The notes under the pieces are model-generated. The model had not been told where the DNA came from, made no database searches, and saw only the letters and a program-made list of their open reading frames with translations. Below are positions 27,721 through 37,700 of a DNA stretch of 50,576 nt, piece after piece (the stretch's first letter is position 1; the number at the start of each line of letters is the position of its first letter). The DNA lies in the IMG/VR virus record IMGVR_UViG_3300037424_002766, positions 1 to 50,576 of that record; one strand, written 5' to 3'. The translations under genes were made by a program, and so were the position numbers. This DNA comes from a virus (lineage: Duplodnaviria; Caudoviricetes).

Positions 27721-28076
27721 TAAGGATTAACATCTTTTGGTATTTCTATTTGAATCTGCCCATTCTGCGGAACAGACATCTTATTTCCATCCGCATATAA
27801 TAATTGAAATTCTCCAAGGAATCTACCAGATTCATTTGTATCTCCAGCTTCCCAGTTATATTGTATAGTTCCGCCAGTGTAAGAAACAATCTGTGCTGTC
27901 TTAGCAAAAATCTTATAGTCTCCGCAATTGCTGGCCATTGTAAATGTAACTCCAGTAACTCCAGATAAAATATAAGGTTGCTTTCCTCCAAGACACCCTC
28001 TATCTATTAAGCAGATTTGAAGAGCTGGAAGTGTATCATTTCTCTTTATGATGAATTCGTTTTTATTTGTTGGCAT
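27717..28076 (-). CDS. BppU-N-like/Ig-like virion protein
   Basis: FIIKRNDTLP, GTIQYNW..GDT...G.F.GEF; downstream of the tail tube. Confidence 0.65.
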   Translation of the reverse strand: MPTNKNEFIIKRNDTLPALQICLIDRGCLGGKQPYILSGVTGVTFTMASNCGDYKIFAKTAQIVSYTGGTIQYNWEAGDTNESGRFLGEFQLLYADGNKMSVPQNGQIQIEIPKDVNPY

Positions 28077-28082
28077 GATGTG

Positions 28083-28472
28083 TTAGTTGTAGGTTCCTAT
28101 AATTTCATATTCTATTGGTGTCAAAGGACTAATTTCATAATCGAGTTGATTTGCAATGTTAAATGGTTTAATCCTGAATCTTGTAATCAATTTTTTGTCA
28201 ACAGGCGCAATAGGCGTATATTGAACATAGAACACAAGGTCATAAGTTACATCTGAAGAATATAGTGTTGGATTTAGGTCCGCATAAAAAATACCAGTTT
28301 CTTCTTCTGTAAGTGGAATTCCAGACTCAATCAAAGTAGTTGAGTTTGTTCCACCAGTGCCAGCCACGTATGACTCAGCACGAACAGATGTAGGTGTTAT
28401 AAGAGTATAAGAATCTGAAGCGTCAGCTGTTGACACACAGTAAAATTTTCTATATAACCTTAGTATACCCAT
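28083..28472 (-). CDS. Putative virion protein
   Basis: ATG 28472; beta-rich, TGIFYADL; tube operon. Confidence 0.6.
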   Translation of the reverse strand: MGILRLYRKFYCVSTADASDSYTLITPTSVRAESYVAGTGGTNSTTLIESGIPLTEEETGIFYADLNPTLYSSDVTYDLVFYVQYTPIAPVDKKLITRFRIKPFNIANQLDYEISPLTPIEYEIIGTYN

Positions 28473-28544
28473 CTTAAAAAACAAACCTTGAACGCTAAAC
28501 AATAGCACCCAAGGTTTGCGTTAATATTGTAAAAATATAAATTC

Positions 28545-29033
28545 TTATGCAGCAAGCAGACATCTGTCTGGTTGGATAGTGATGTTCACCATAGCAAGGT
28601 CATCTGCACTGTAGTCATAATCATCAAATGATGCACTTGTGATTTGACATCCAATTAGAGTCCATTTTTCTACTTCAACACCAGTTGGGTCAAGAGCCTT
28701 GAGAACAAGATTCTTCTTATATCCAATAGCATATCCCATTCTACCAGTAGCTGACTCGAAATGAAGTCTAACCCATTCCATAATCTTCTGTGTAGTAGAA
28801 GGTCCGATAACATCAATAAATGTGATGTCGATTGTTTGCCATATTGAACGACCAGCAACCCAAGTTGATGTATTCATATATGGAATCTCTGTAGAACCGA
28901 TTTCAAGTGATGGCTTTCCAGAAGTCTGTACCAAGAATGACTCGATACCAAGCTCTGTTGGAAATTCCAACACAAATCTATTCTTTCTTTTTGGTTCCTG
29001 TTCAATAGGAACAGGTCTAAACATGTCAGCCAT
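28545..29033 (-). CDS. gp19: Tail tube protein (T4 gp19-like)
   Basis: EPKRKNRF, IPYMN..TWVAGR..WQTI, IMEWV, GYKKN, LDPTGVEVEKWTL.G. Confidence 0.92.
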   Translation of the reverse strand: MADMFRPVPIEQEPKRKNRFVLEFPTELGIESFLVQTSGKPSLEIGSTEIPYMNTSTWVAGRSIWQTIDITFIDVIGPSTTQKIMEWVRLHFESATGRMGYAIGYKKNLVLKALDPTGVEVEKWTLIGCQITSASFDDYDYSADDLAMVNITIQPDRCLLAA

Positions 29034-29259
29034 AATAGTAATTTGTTAGTTGTTTTGTTTATTAATAAATAAGTAGAAAAAAATTTTTTTAATTTTCTTA
29101 TTGGCTAAAGAATAATAAGAAGAATTATCACCTTAAATTCAAGAAAAATGTTTCTAACAAACGAGTTAAGTGCTTTTATTTTAAATAAAATTGGTTATAT
29201 TTTGTATAGTGAGGTTATAAGATTAATGATTTTTAAAAAACCTTTAAACATAAAAGTAT

Positions 29260-30189
29260 ATGGAGGGTAAAAGGATAAAAAAAAGAGCTTTATGTATTTC
29301 GGGGGGAGGTAGTAAAGGCGCTTGGGCTGGTGGCGTAATTCAACACTTAGTTGATGACCAAAACAAAGACTACGACATATATGTAGGAACTTCTACGGGT
29401 AGTTTGTTGGCACCGCTTACATCTATTCGTGAGATAAGTATTCTTAAGGAGGCTTATACGAGCATCACATCTGAAGATATTTTTTCTGTAAATCCATTTG
29501 ACGAAAAAGGGGAGATTAGAAAATGGAACGCACTTAAGAGGGTTATTACTCTTAAGAATACTCTTGGGGAAACAGAAAATCTAAGAGAGCTCATTAAGAA
29601 TAATTTCAAGGAGAAGCATTTTGAAAAGCTTTATAAATCAGACAAGGAAGTTATTGCTGTGGTTTCAAACCTTACAGATAAGAGGCCAGAGTTCAAGTCA
29701 TCAAATGATAATAAATATGAGGACTTTGTGGATTGGCTTTGGGCATCGTGTAATGCACCGATAGTTACAAGTATTGTTGAGAAAGATGGAAATCAATATG
29801 CTGATGGAGCAATCTATGAGCACATACCAGTTCAGGTCGCTATAGAGAATGGTGCTACGGAAATTGATGTTATAGTTCTTTCTCCAGAGGGATTTGGCGT
29901 TGTAAAGAGAGGTAGAATTGAAAATCTCCTTCAATATTTTTTTAGACTTATGGATATTATGCAAAGAAAAATTGCAAAGGACAACATCGACCTAACTAAA
30001 CTAAATTCTCATGGTAGAGAGATTGAAATAAATATTTATTATACTCCATATAAGCTTACGGAGAATTCTCTTGTATTCAATAAAGAAGAAATGGTTAGAT
30101 GGTGGAATGAAGGTTATATTAATGCTAAGTCTGGAAATGTGAAGAAATATAAAATTACGAGGTCAAATGTCTTTAAAGAGATAGAATAA
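29260..30189 (+). CDS. Patatin-like phospholipase
   Basis: ISGGGSKG oxyanion loop, GTSTG nucleophile, YADGA catalytic Asp. Confidence 0.92.
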   Translation: MEGKRIKKRALCISGGGSKGAWAGGVIQHLVDDQNKDYDIYVGTSTGSLLAPLTSIREISILKEAYTSITSEDIFSVNPFDEKGEIRKWNALKRVITLKNTLGETENLRELIKNNFKEKHFEKLYKSDKEVIAVVSNLTDKRPEFKSSNDNKYEDFVDWLWASCNAPIVTSIVEKDGNQYADGAIYEHIPVQVAIENGATEIDVIVLSPEGFGVVKRGRIENLLQYFFRLMDIMQRKIAKDNIDLTKLNSHGREIEINIYYTPYKLTENSLVFNKEEMVRWWNEGYINAKSGNVKKYKITRSNVFKEIE

Positions 30190-30220
30190 TAATTTAATTC
30201 TATTTATAGAAAATATTATT

Positions 30221-30529
30221 ATGATAATTGGAACTGGACAAACTGTATATGAGTTGATAATATCAACTAATCAAAGTAATATTCCTGTTACTGGAGCGAC
30301 ATTTGATGTGGTTATGTATAGGGATGGTTTTGAATATACAGGTGTTACAGTAAGTATTGCACTTGCAGACCCATCAAGAGGTATATTTACAGCAGAGTGG
30401 TCAGCATCTACAACAGGATATTATCAAATGTATGCAAAAAACAACTCTACTTCTGCGATATTTATATCTAATAATGTTATTGTCAAGTCAGATAGTGAAC
30501 TTGGAACAAACGTATATATAGGCCTATAA
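30221..30529 (+). CDS. Small Ig-like putative virion protein
   Basis: Late motif 30201-30207; PVTGAT, GIFTAEW, GYYQ strand pattern. Confidence 0.6.
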   Translation: MIIGTGQTVYELIISTNQSNIPVTGATFDVVMYRDGFEYTGVTVSIALADPSRGIFTAEWSASTTGYYQMYAKNNSTSAIFISNNVIVKSDSELGTNVYIGL

Positions 30530-30575
30530 TTCACGAAATGCATTTTTTACCCCTATTTATGTAAAAACGATAGGT

Positions 30576-32321
30576 ATGGTAGATAAAAAAATGTTGGAGT
30601 ACATGAGATGTGCAAAAGACCCTGTGTATTATATGAATACATATGGACATGTCTTTAATGCAAAATTAAAAATGGTTACTCCCATGACTTGTTTTGAATA
30701 TCAGAACAAGTGTCTAAGAAAATTCCACAAATTCCAGAATAGTATAATACTTAAGTCGAGACAGACAGGTCTCTCAGTTGTTACTGCTGGTTACGTTGCC
30801 TGGAGGCTTATGTTCCGATATGATGAGAAGATACTTATCATTGCCAATGATGGCGCTGGGGCAATTCGATTCCTTGAGACTGTTAAGCAATTTATTGAAC
30901 ACACTCCAGCTTGGCTTAAGCCAGATGAGATTGACCAAAACAATACAAAGAAAATATCTTTCTCAAATAATTCATACGCAGAAGCTAAGGCATCAAGTCC
31001 AAATGCTGGTCGTGGAGACTCACTTACAATGTTGGTTCTCGATGAGACCGCCTTTATCAAGGATGATGAGGCAATTTGGATGGGTGCAGGTATGGCACTT
31101 TCTCAGACTGGTGGTAAGTGTATAATGATTTCAACACCGAATGGTACTGGTAACTTATATTACAAGACATGGGTGGATGCTGTCAATAATGAAAATGACT
31201 TTGAGGGAACAATGGTTCACTGGACTGAAAACCCAAATAGTATTGAGGGGCTTGAGTGGAAAATAGACCCAACTGGAGAGAGAGTTGCGTGGAGTCCATG
31301 GTATGAGGCTCAATGTAAGAGGCTCAATTGGGATAGTGTTAAGATTGCGCAGGAACTTGACCTTTCATTTGAAGGTTCGAAGAGGCTTGCGGTTGACCCA
31401 CAACTTGTTACCAAGTATCATGCAAGAGTTATGGATGACCACAAGGCGGAGGGTTACATGAGATTTAACTACTTGGAAAAAGAAAATCCAGTAGAATTTG
31501 CGAAGATTATTGGTGATGTCACTAATATGACAATATTCAAACAACCAGAGGAAGGAAGGCAGTATATAATTGGGGCCGATGTCGCCAGGGGTGATGGACA
31601 GGATTACTCGACTATACAAGTTCTTGATGTAGATACTCTTGAACAAGTTGCTGAGTTTAGAGAAAAAATTTCACCAGACCTATTTCCATTTGTAATTAAT
31701 CATGTAGCCAGAATGTACAATATGGCTTATGTTGTAATTGAAGCTAACTCGTTTGGTCTTGGTGTTTGCTTTGACATCAGAGATAAATTTAAGTATCCAA
31801 GAAACAGGTTGTATTTTTCTAAAAATATAAAAGATATTCACGTTAGACATCACAAGTATAAAGTAAATGAAGGAACTGAAATTCCAGGATTCCAGACTTC
31901 AAGAAAAAACAGAGTACTTCTTGTTAAGGCTATTATTGAGCACATGAGAGAGAATTCATTAATTCTTCACTCAAAGAGACTTATGGCGGAGTTCCAAACA
32001 TTTGTTATGAATGGTGACAAACCAGAGCATGAGCCAGGATTTAACGATGACCTTATCCTCGCACTTGGTCTTGCACTATACATTCGAGATACTGAATTTG
32101 AAAATGTCACATCCAGCACAGAGATGTATAAGAGTATGCTTAATGCAATGATGCTAAATACCAATTCAACTGTAGGGAAGGTGCCAGACCTAAATTCAAA
32201 TAAAAGAGTTGATATTCCTAAGGGAGGAGGTGGATTGTACATCTTTAATGGAAATAACAATATCAATATAGGTGGTGGAAATCTTGAGGACCCAGATGAT
32301 ACCAGTTGGCTTTTGGGATAA
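30576..32321 (+). CDS. terL: Terminase large subunit (T4 gp17-like)
   Basis: CAKDPVYY, Walker A LKSRQTGLS, Walker B LVLDE, ISTPNG, nuclease GADVARG and NDDL. Confidence 0.96.
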   Translation: MVDKKMLEYMRCAKDPVYYMNTYGHVFNAKLKMVTPMTCFEYQNKCLRKFHKFQNSIILKSRQTGLSVVTAGYVAWRLMFRYDEKILIIANDGAGAIRFLETVKQFIEHTPAWLKPDEIDQNNTKKISFSNNSYAEAKASSPNAGRGDSLTMLVLDETAFIKDDEAIWMGAGMALSQTGGKCIMISTPNGTGNLYYKTWVDAVNNENDFEGTMVHWTENPNSIEGLEWKIDPTGERVAWSPWYEAQCKRLNWDSVKIAQELDLSFEGSKRLAVDPQLVTKYHARVMDDHKAEGYMRFNYLEKENPVEFAKIIGDVTNMTIFKQPEEGRQYIIGADVARGDGQDYSTIQVLDVDTLEQVAEFREKISPDLFPFVINHVARMYNMAYVVIEANSFGLGVCFDIRDKFKYPRNRLYFSKNIKDIHVRHHKYKVNEGTEIPGFQTSRKNRVLLVKAIIEHMRENSLILHSKRLMAEFQTFVMNGDKPEHEPGFNDDLILALGLALYIRDTEFENVTSSTEMYKSMLNAMMLNTNSTVGKVPDLNSNKRVDIPKGGGGLYIFNGNNNINIGGGNLEDPDDTSWLLG

Positions 32322-32370
32322 CTATTTAATTTAGAAAGTCAAATACATATATTTATAAAAATGCATATAA

Positions 32371-34407
32371 ATGGCAGCAGAGGACAAAAATAATTTAAGC
32401 ATATTCAGTGGTGTTAATAGTGCCATAAATAAAAATAAGCGTAGGACACCACAGGTACAAAACCCAGGGGTTGTGCAAAATGTTGGTGATGGATTGCGTC
32501 AGCGTCAAGGTAATAATATTGAGCACGTACAACAGCAGTTTTTAGACTGGCAAGTTAACAAGATTGCTCATGACCTTTATACAAGAACAATCTACTACGA
32601 TACTGATAGGGTTAATGCCTATCAAGATTTTAGAGCGATGGATATGTCTCCAGAAATTGCGGCAGCTCTCAATATAATGAGAGATGAATGTATTACAAGG
32701 GGTGAAAAAGGAAAAATACTTGATATTTTCTCAGAGAACTCAAGAGTTAAAACTATTCTTGAAGACCTTTTTTACAATAGACTTGACATTGATTTTGCGC
32801 TTAAATTATGGATTAGAGACTTATTGAAATATGGAGATTTCTTTTTGCAACTTCACATAGATAAAGATGAGGGTATCTATGGAGTTATGGCTCTTCCTTC
32901 TGAAGAAATTCATAGAGAAGAAGGGTTTGAGGGAAGAACTGATGATGTTCGATTTAGGTGGGAGTCAACTGGCGATTATTTTGAGGATTGGCAAGTTGCT
33001 CATTTCAGACTTCTTGAGGACACAAGAAAACTTCCTTATGGACGTTCTATTCTTGACCCAGCAAGAAAGCTTTGGAAACAACTGCAGTTGGCAGAAGATT
33101 CAATGCTTGTATATCGTATCACAAGAGCTCCAGAGAGAAGAGTATTTTATATTGATGTAGGTAATCTTGAGCACGCAGACGTTGCTCAATTTATACAGCA
33201 ATTTCAAATTCAGCTTAAGAAGCAGCCGATAGTTGACCAAAGAACTGGTAATATCAACTTGAAGTATAATCCAATGAATGTAACTGAGGATTATTTTATT
33301 CCCATGAGAGCTGATAGGTCATCAAGAATTGAGACACTTCCAGGTGCTTCAAATCTTGGGGATATTCAAGATATTGAGTACTTACAAAACAAATTATTTG
33401 CATCACTTCAAGTTCCTAAGAATTACTTGAACTATGGAGAGTCATTGCCAGGAGGTTCAACACTCTCTCAACAAGACCTTAGATTTGCTCGTACAATTAA
33501 CACGATTCAGCAAGCTGTACTTGCTGAGTTAAAGAGAATCGCTAATATCCACCTTTATTTTAATGGATTTAAGGATGAGATAGATAACTTTACACTTACT
33601 CTAAACAATCCGTCTACTCAACAAGAATTGTTGAAATTAGAGACAATGAAGGCGAGGCTTGAGGTGTTTAAGGAAATGTTCTCGGCTGAGGCAACATCTC
33701 CAGTATCTTATGTTTGGGCAATGGAAAATATTCTTGGATTCTCAAAGAATGAAATTAAACTTATTCTTAAACAGAAGAAGGTTGAGAAAAAAATATTTGC
33801 TGAGATTGATAGCGCTGTTGAAATGTACAAGAAAATTGGCCTTTTCAGAGACCTTGATGACAAGTATGAGATTGAAGGTGCAGAAGAAATGATGAAGGCA
33901 CAACAAGCGGGTGAATCTGGTGGAGAATCTGGTGGAGAATCTGGCGGAGGCGGAGGCTTTGGTGGAGGATTTGGTGGAGCAGAAGAGCTTGACCTTGGAG
34001 ATGAAACTGGTGGAGCAGAGGCAGGGGCAGAGGCAGGAGCTGAATCGGCCCCTGAAGAAGCAGCTCCTATAGCTGAATCTAAATTTAGAAATGCTCAAAA
34101 AATATCTGACAACTATGTTGATAGAATGTTGAATGAGTTGCTTGGAGCAGATGAATCTAAGAACAAGTCAAGTGTTGAGGACAATGCTTTAATCAAGAGA
34201 AGTAATTCCATGAAAATGGAATCTCAAAGGTTGATTAATAGCATGAATAACGGTCTTGCAAAAAGAGGTGTCAAGCAAATGATGCAAGAAGAAATTATAC
34301 ATGTACCAAGTTCAAATCCTCTCGTTGATGGTTCTGAGAAACTCACTAAAGATAGTGACCAATTGGCAAATGAAATTGAAAAATTCTTGAGAAATAGGAG
34401 AAAGTAA
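32371..34407 (+). CDS. gp20: Portal protein (T4 gp20-like)
   Basis: YRITRAPERRVFYIDVGNL, EDYFIP.R, IETLPG.SNL, DIEYLQNKLF.SL.VP; G/E/A low-complexity C-terminal linker. Confidence 0.96.
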   Translation: MAAEDKNNLSIFSGVNSAINKNKRRTPQVQNPGVVQNVGDGLRQRQGNNIEHVQQQFLDWQVNKIAHDLYTRTIYYDTDRVNAYQDFRAMDMSPEIAAALNIMRDECITRGEKGKILDIFSENSRVKTILEDLFYNRLDIDFALKLWIRDLLKYGDFFLQLHIDKDEGIYGVMALPSEEIHREEGFEGRTDDVRFRWESTGDYFEDWQVAHFRLLEDTRKLPYGRSILDPARKLWKQLQLAEDSMLVYRITRAPERRVFYIDVGNLEHADVAQFIQQFQIQLKKQPIVDQRTGNINLKYNPMNVTEDYFIPMRADRSSRIETLPGASNLGDIQDIEYLQNKLFASLQVPKNYLNYGESLPGGSTLSQQDLRFARTINTIQQAVLAELKRIANIHLYFNGFKDEIDNFTLTLNNPSTQQELLKLETMKARLEVFKEMFSAEATSPVSYVWAMENILGFSKNEIKLILKQKKVEKKIFAEIDSAVEMYKKIGLFRDLDDKYEIEGAEEMMKAQQAGESGGESGGESGGGGGFGGGFGGAEELDLGDETGGAEAGAEAGAESAPEEAAPIAESKFRNAQKISDNYVDRMLNELLGADESKNKSSVEDNALIKRSNSMKMESQRLINSMNNGLAKRGVKQMMQEEIIHVPSSNPLVDGSEKLTKDSDQLANEIEKFLRNRRK

Positions 34408-34408
34408 T

Positions 34409-34663
34409 ATGATTGATAGAGGCTATTATGAAGGATGGAATGTCAATGACCACTATGAGATTAAGCAGGAGGTTCTTGCCCTTCTCGATGAGCTTCAGGA
34501 ATTTGACAGTAGGATAAGAAAGTTTCTTGGCCCTAACAAAATTAAGACTGCTGGCACAGATGCCAGGAGGAGTTGTAGGTTAATGGAAAAATCTTTGGAG
34601 CAAATCAAGAAGAAAATTCAGATGACTAAGCAAGATTATGAAGCTGATTATGAAAATGATTAG
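34409..34663 (+). CDS. Histone H1-like (Hc1-type) small protein
   Basis: KFLG.NKIKTAGTDARRS resembles the Hc1-type core GNKAAGTRARK. Confidence 0.6.
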   Translation: MIDRGYYEGWNVNDHYEIKQEVLALLDELQEFDSRIRKFLGPNKIKTAGTDARRSCRLMEKSLEQIKKKIQMTKQDYEADYEND

Positions 34664-34670
34664 TTTTTAA

Positions 34671-34702
34671 TTTGCATTTACTTATGTTTTGATATATATT
34701 TG
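34671..34702 (+). promoter_or_regulatory. Bacteroidota-type housekeeping promoter of dnaE
   Basis: TTTG (34671) - N20 - TATATTTG (34695), an exact consensus match. Confidence 0.75.
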
Positions 34703-34761
34703 CAGTTAATTGACAATGGGAGCTTCCAATCTTCCAATTTGAGACAACTAACTGGAGAAAA

Positions 34762-37700
34762 ATGTATATAGTATTTGACACCGAGACAACGGGCAAGGCG
34801 AAGAGCTTTAGCGCACCCATAACCGACTTCAACAACTGGCCAAGAATGGTTCAGATTGCCTGGAAGGTTTTCGATAAGAACGGGGTGGAAACAGATTCAC
34901 AGAATCTAATCATTAAACCACAGGGATTCATAATCCCAGATGACGCAGCTGCAATTCATAGAATTACAACTGAGATAGCCAAGGAGAGGGGAATTTCACT
35001 AAGAACTGCTCTCGAAAAATTTGGAGAAGCGGTAAGAAATAATAAGTATTTAATTGCACACAATATTACCTTTGACGAGAATGTTGTAGGGTGTGAGCTC
35101 TTAAGAGAGGGGATGCATAATTACATTCCTGATATTGAGCATATCGACACGATGAAGCGTACAACAGAGTACGTTGCCATACCAAATATTAGGGGTAGAA
35201 GTGGATTTAAGTATCCAACCATGACCGAACTTCACGAGAAGTTGTTTGGTAGAGGTTTTGAAGATGCCCATGATGCACTTGCGGATGTTACTGCGCTTGC
35301 TAAGTGTTTCTTTAAACTCCAGGAGATTGGAGTACTTGGCTTCAAGGAGAGTGATGAGGAGATTTCAGTAGATTCACTTGTAGAATTTGCAGAGGAAAAA
35401 ACCTTACAAGAATCAACACCAGCAAACTCAATACCACTGGTTCCGCTTGGACTTCACACCTTTCACTCAATACTTGAAGGTGCAGGCTCTGTTGATGAAT
35501 ACATAAAGAAGGCGCAATCACTTGGTCACACTTCTTTGGCGATAACTGACAATGCCACTTTATCTGGAACATTTGAATTTTATAACAAGTGTAAAGCAAA
35601 GGGTATTAAGCCAGTTTTTGGAATAGAAATTCTTTTAAACGATAACATAGGTCTTTTTCAAGAGAAGAATCTTGAAGGAGATAATTTTAAGGTAAAAATA
35701 TTTATCAAAGACAAGAGAGGTTATAGCAACCTTAATCACTTGCTTTATTTAGCAAATACAGAGGGGCTTTATAATAAAGAGGGGAGAATAACTACAGATT
35801 GGCTTTTAAAAAATAAAGAAGGACTTGTGGTATCTACTTCTGGTCTTGATAGTAAGCTTGCCAGTATGGTACTTAGAGGCAAGGAGAATGATGCTGAAAA
35901 TTATGTAAACATGCTCCGAACGGAATTTGGGGAAGACCTCATAATAGAACTAAAGTTTAGCAAGTTTCCAAACCAAAAGCAATACAACAATTTTTTGTTA
36001 AAAATGATGAGGAAATATAATATCATGCCAGTTCTGAGTAATGATACTTATTATCCAAATCAGGATGATTCTATACTCCAAGATATTGTAACTTCAATTA
36101 AGCAACATAGACCAATGGCATATTGCTCTCTTAAAGAGAATAGAGAGTTATGGTATTTTGGGAGTGAGGATTTCAAAAAGATGAATGCTAAATATGAGTT
36201 CAAATATCCAGATGCATTTCTTGAGCTGTGCATGAATAATACTTTGAAGGTTGCTGAGAAGTGTAATTTTAGTTTTGAGACTGGTGTTGAGAAATATCCA
36301 AGATATGAACCAACAGAGGAAGTTATAAAATATTTTGGCACAGATAAGCCTGATGAGATTATCAAGAAACTTGCGTTCGCCAAGTTGAAGCAAAAAATTA
36401 AGAAATATCAAGAGAATAAAATCATTGATATGACTGAGGAAAAAATTAAGGAGTATGTTGACCGACTTAATTATGAGCTTAGTGTAATTGAATCAAAGAA
36501 GATGCTTGATTATTTTCTTGTAAACTGGGAAATAATTAATTTCTATAGAAAACAAGGATATGATATTGGTCCAGCCCGTGGTTCTGCTGCAGGTTCATTA
36601 TTATCATGGTGCCTTGACATCACCAAGATTGACCCAATAAGATTTAATTTATATTTTGAGCGTTTTCTTAATCCAGAGAGAAACAGTCCACCAGATATTG
36701 ATATTGATTTTATGACTGGAACCGATGATGTTACAAACAAATTTCTTATTGATAAATATGGTAAGGAGCGTGTGATGTCTGTTGGTACTTTTGGAACATT
36801 CTCGGAGAAAAATACAATTAAAGACGTTGTTCGTGCATACCAAGGTAAGGAGGCAACGGGGTTTGGCTCTGATGTATTTGCCGTTACTGATGAGATGCCA
36901 GATTTCCTTAAGTATAACGACACACTTAAACATTGGTTTGAGGTGTGGCCAGATAAGCCAGAATGTAGCCCAAGGGTTAGAAATTGGATTCGTGACCCTA
37001 AGAACAAAGAAATGATTGAAGTTGCGTTAAAGCTTCAGGGAAACATCAGAGGAATTGGTCAGCATGCCGCTGGTGTGGTAATTACTCCAGATGTATCTTG
37101 GAACTATGTTCCGACAAATATAATCGCATCAAACGAAAATATTGTAACAGCATTCCAAGAGGCAGATAAATCTGGCAAAGACCTTAGTGCTCTCGGCATT
37201 CTAAAATTAGACCGACTTAAGTTGGAGACCCTTAATGTAATTAAGGAAACAATTGAAATCGTTAAGAAAAATAAAGGAATTGATATATCTGATAAAGTTG
37301 ACTATGTTAACCTTGAAGATGAAAATTTATTCATCGAACTTCGACTTGGACTTAATCATGGTATATTTCAGTTTGAAAGCCATGGGATGAATAATCTTAT
37401 TAGAGGAATGCAAGTTGAGAAGTTTGAAGAGCTTGTTGCATGCAATGCACTATACCGACCAGGACCGATGGGGATTGGTGCTCACGAAGAGTTTATCATG
37501 AATAAATTTAATCCAGAAAAGATTAAATTGGCCCACCCAGCTCTTGAATCTATTCTTAAGGAGACAAATGGGGTACTTGTATTCCAAGAGCAACTTATGT
37601 TCATCGCTGATAAGATTGGTGGAATGGGTCTTGGTAAGGGAGATAATCTTAGGCGCTACATGGATAAGGCGAGTAAGATTATTGCAAGACACTCTGCTGG

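Noticed and set aside
29260-30189. Patatin as a CBASS CapV effector
   Set aside because: No cyclase or other CBASS gene nearby.
33908-34045. GGAGAATCTGGT and GGAGCAGAGGCA-type tandem repeats in the portal
   Set aside because: In-frame Gly/Glu/Ser/Ala linker repeats (GGES, GAEA); ordinary low complexity, like the Pro/Ala tracts of the scaffold.
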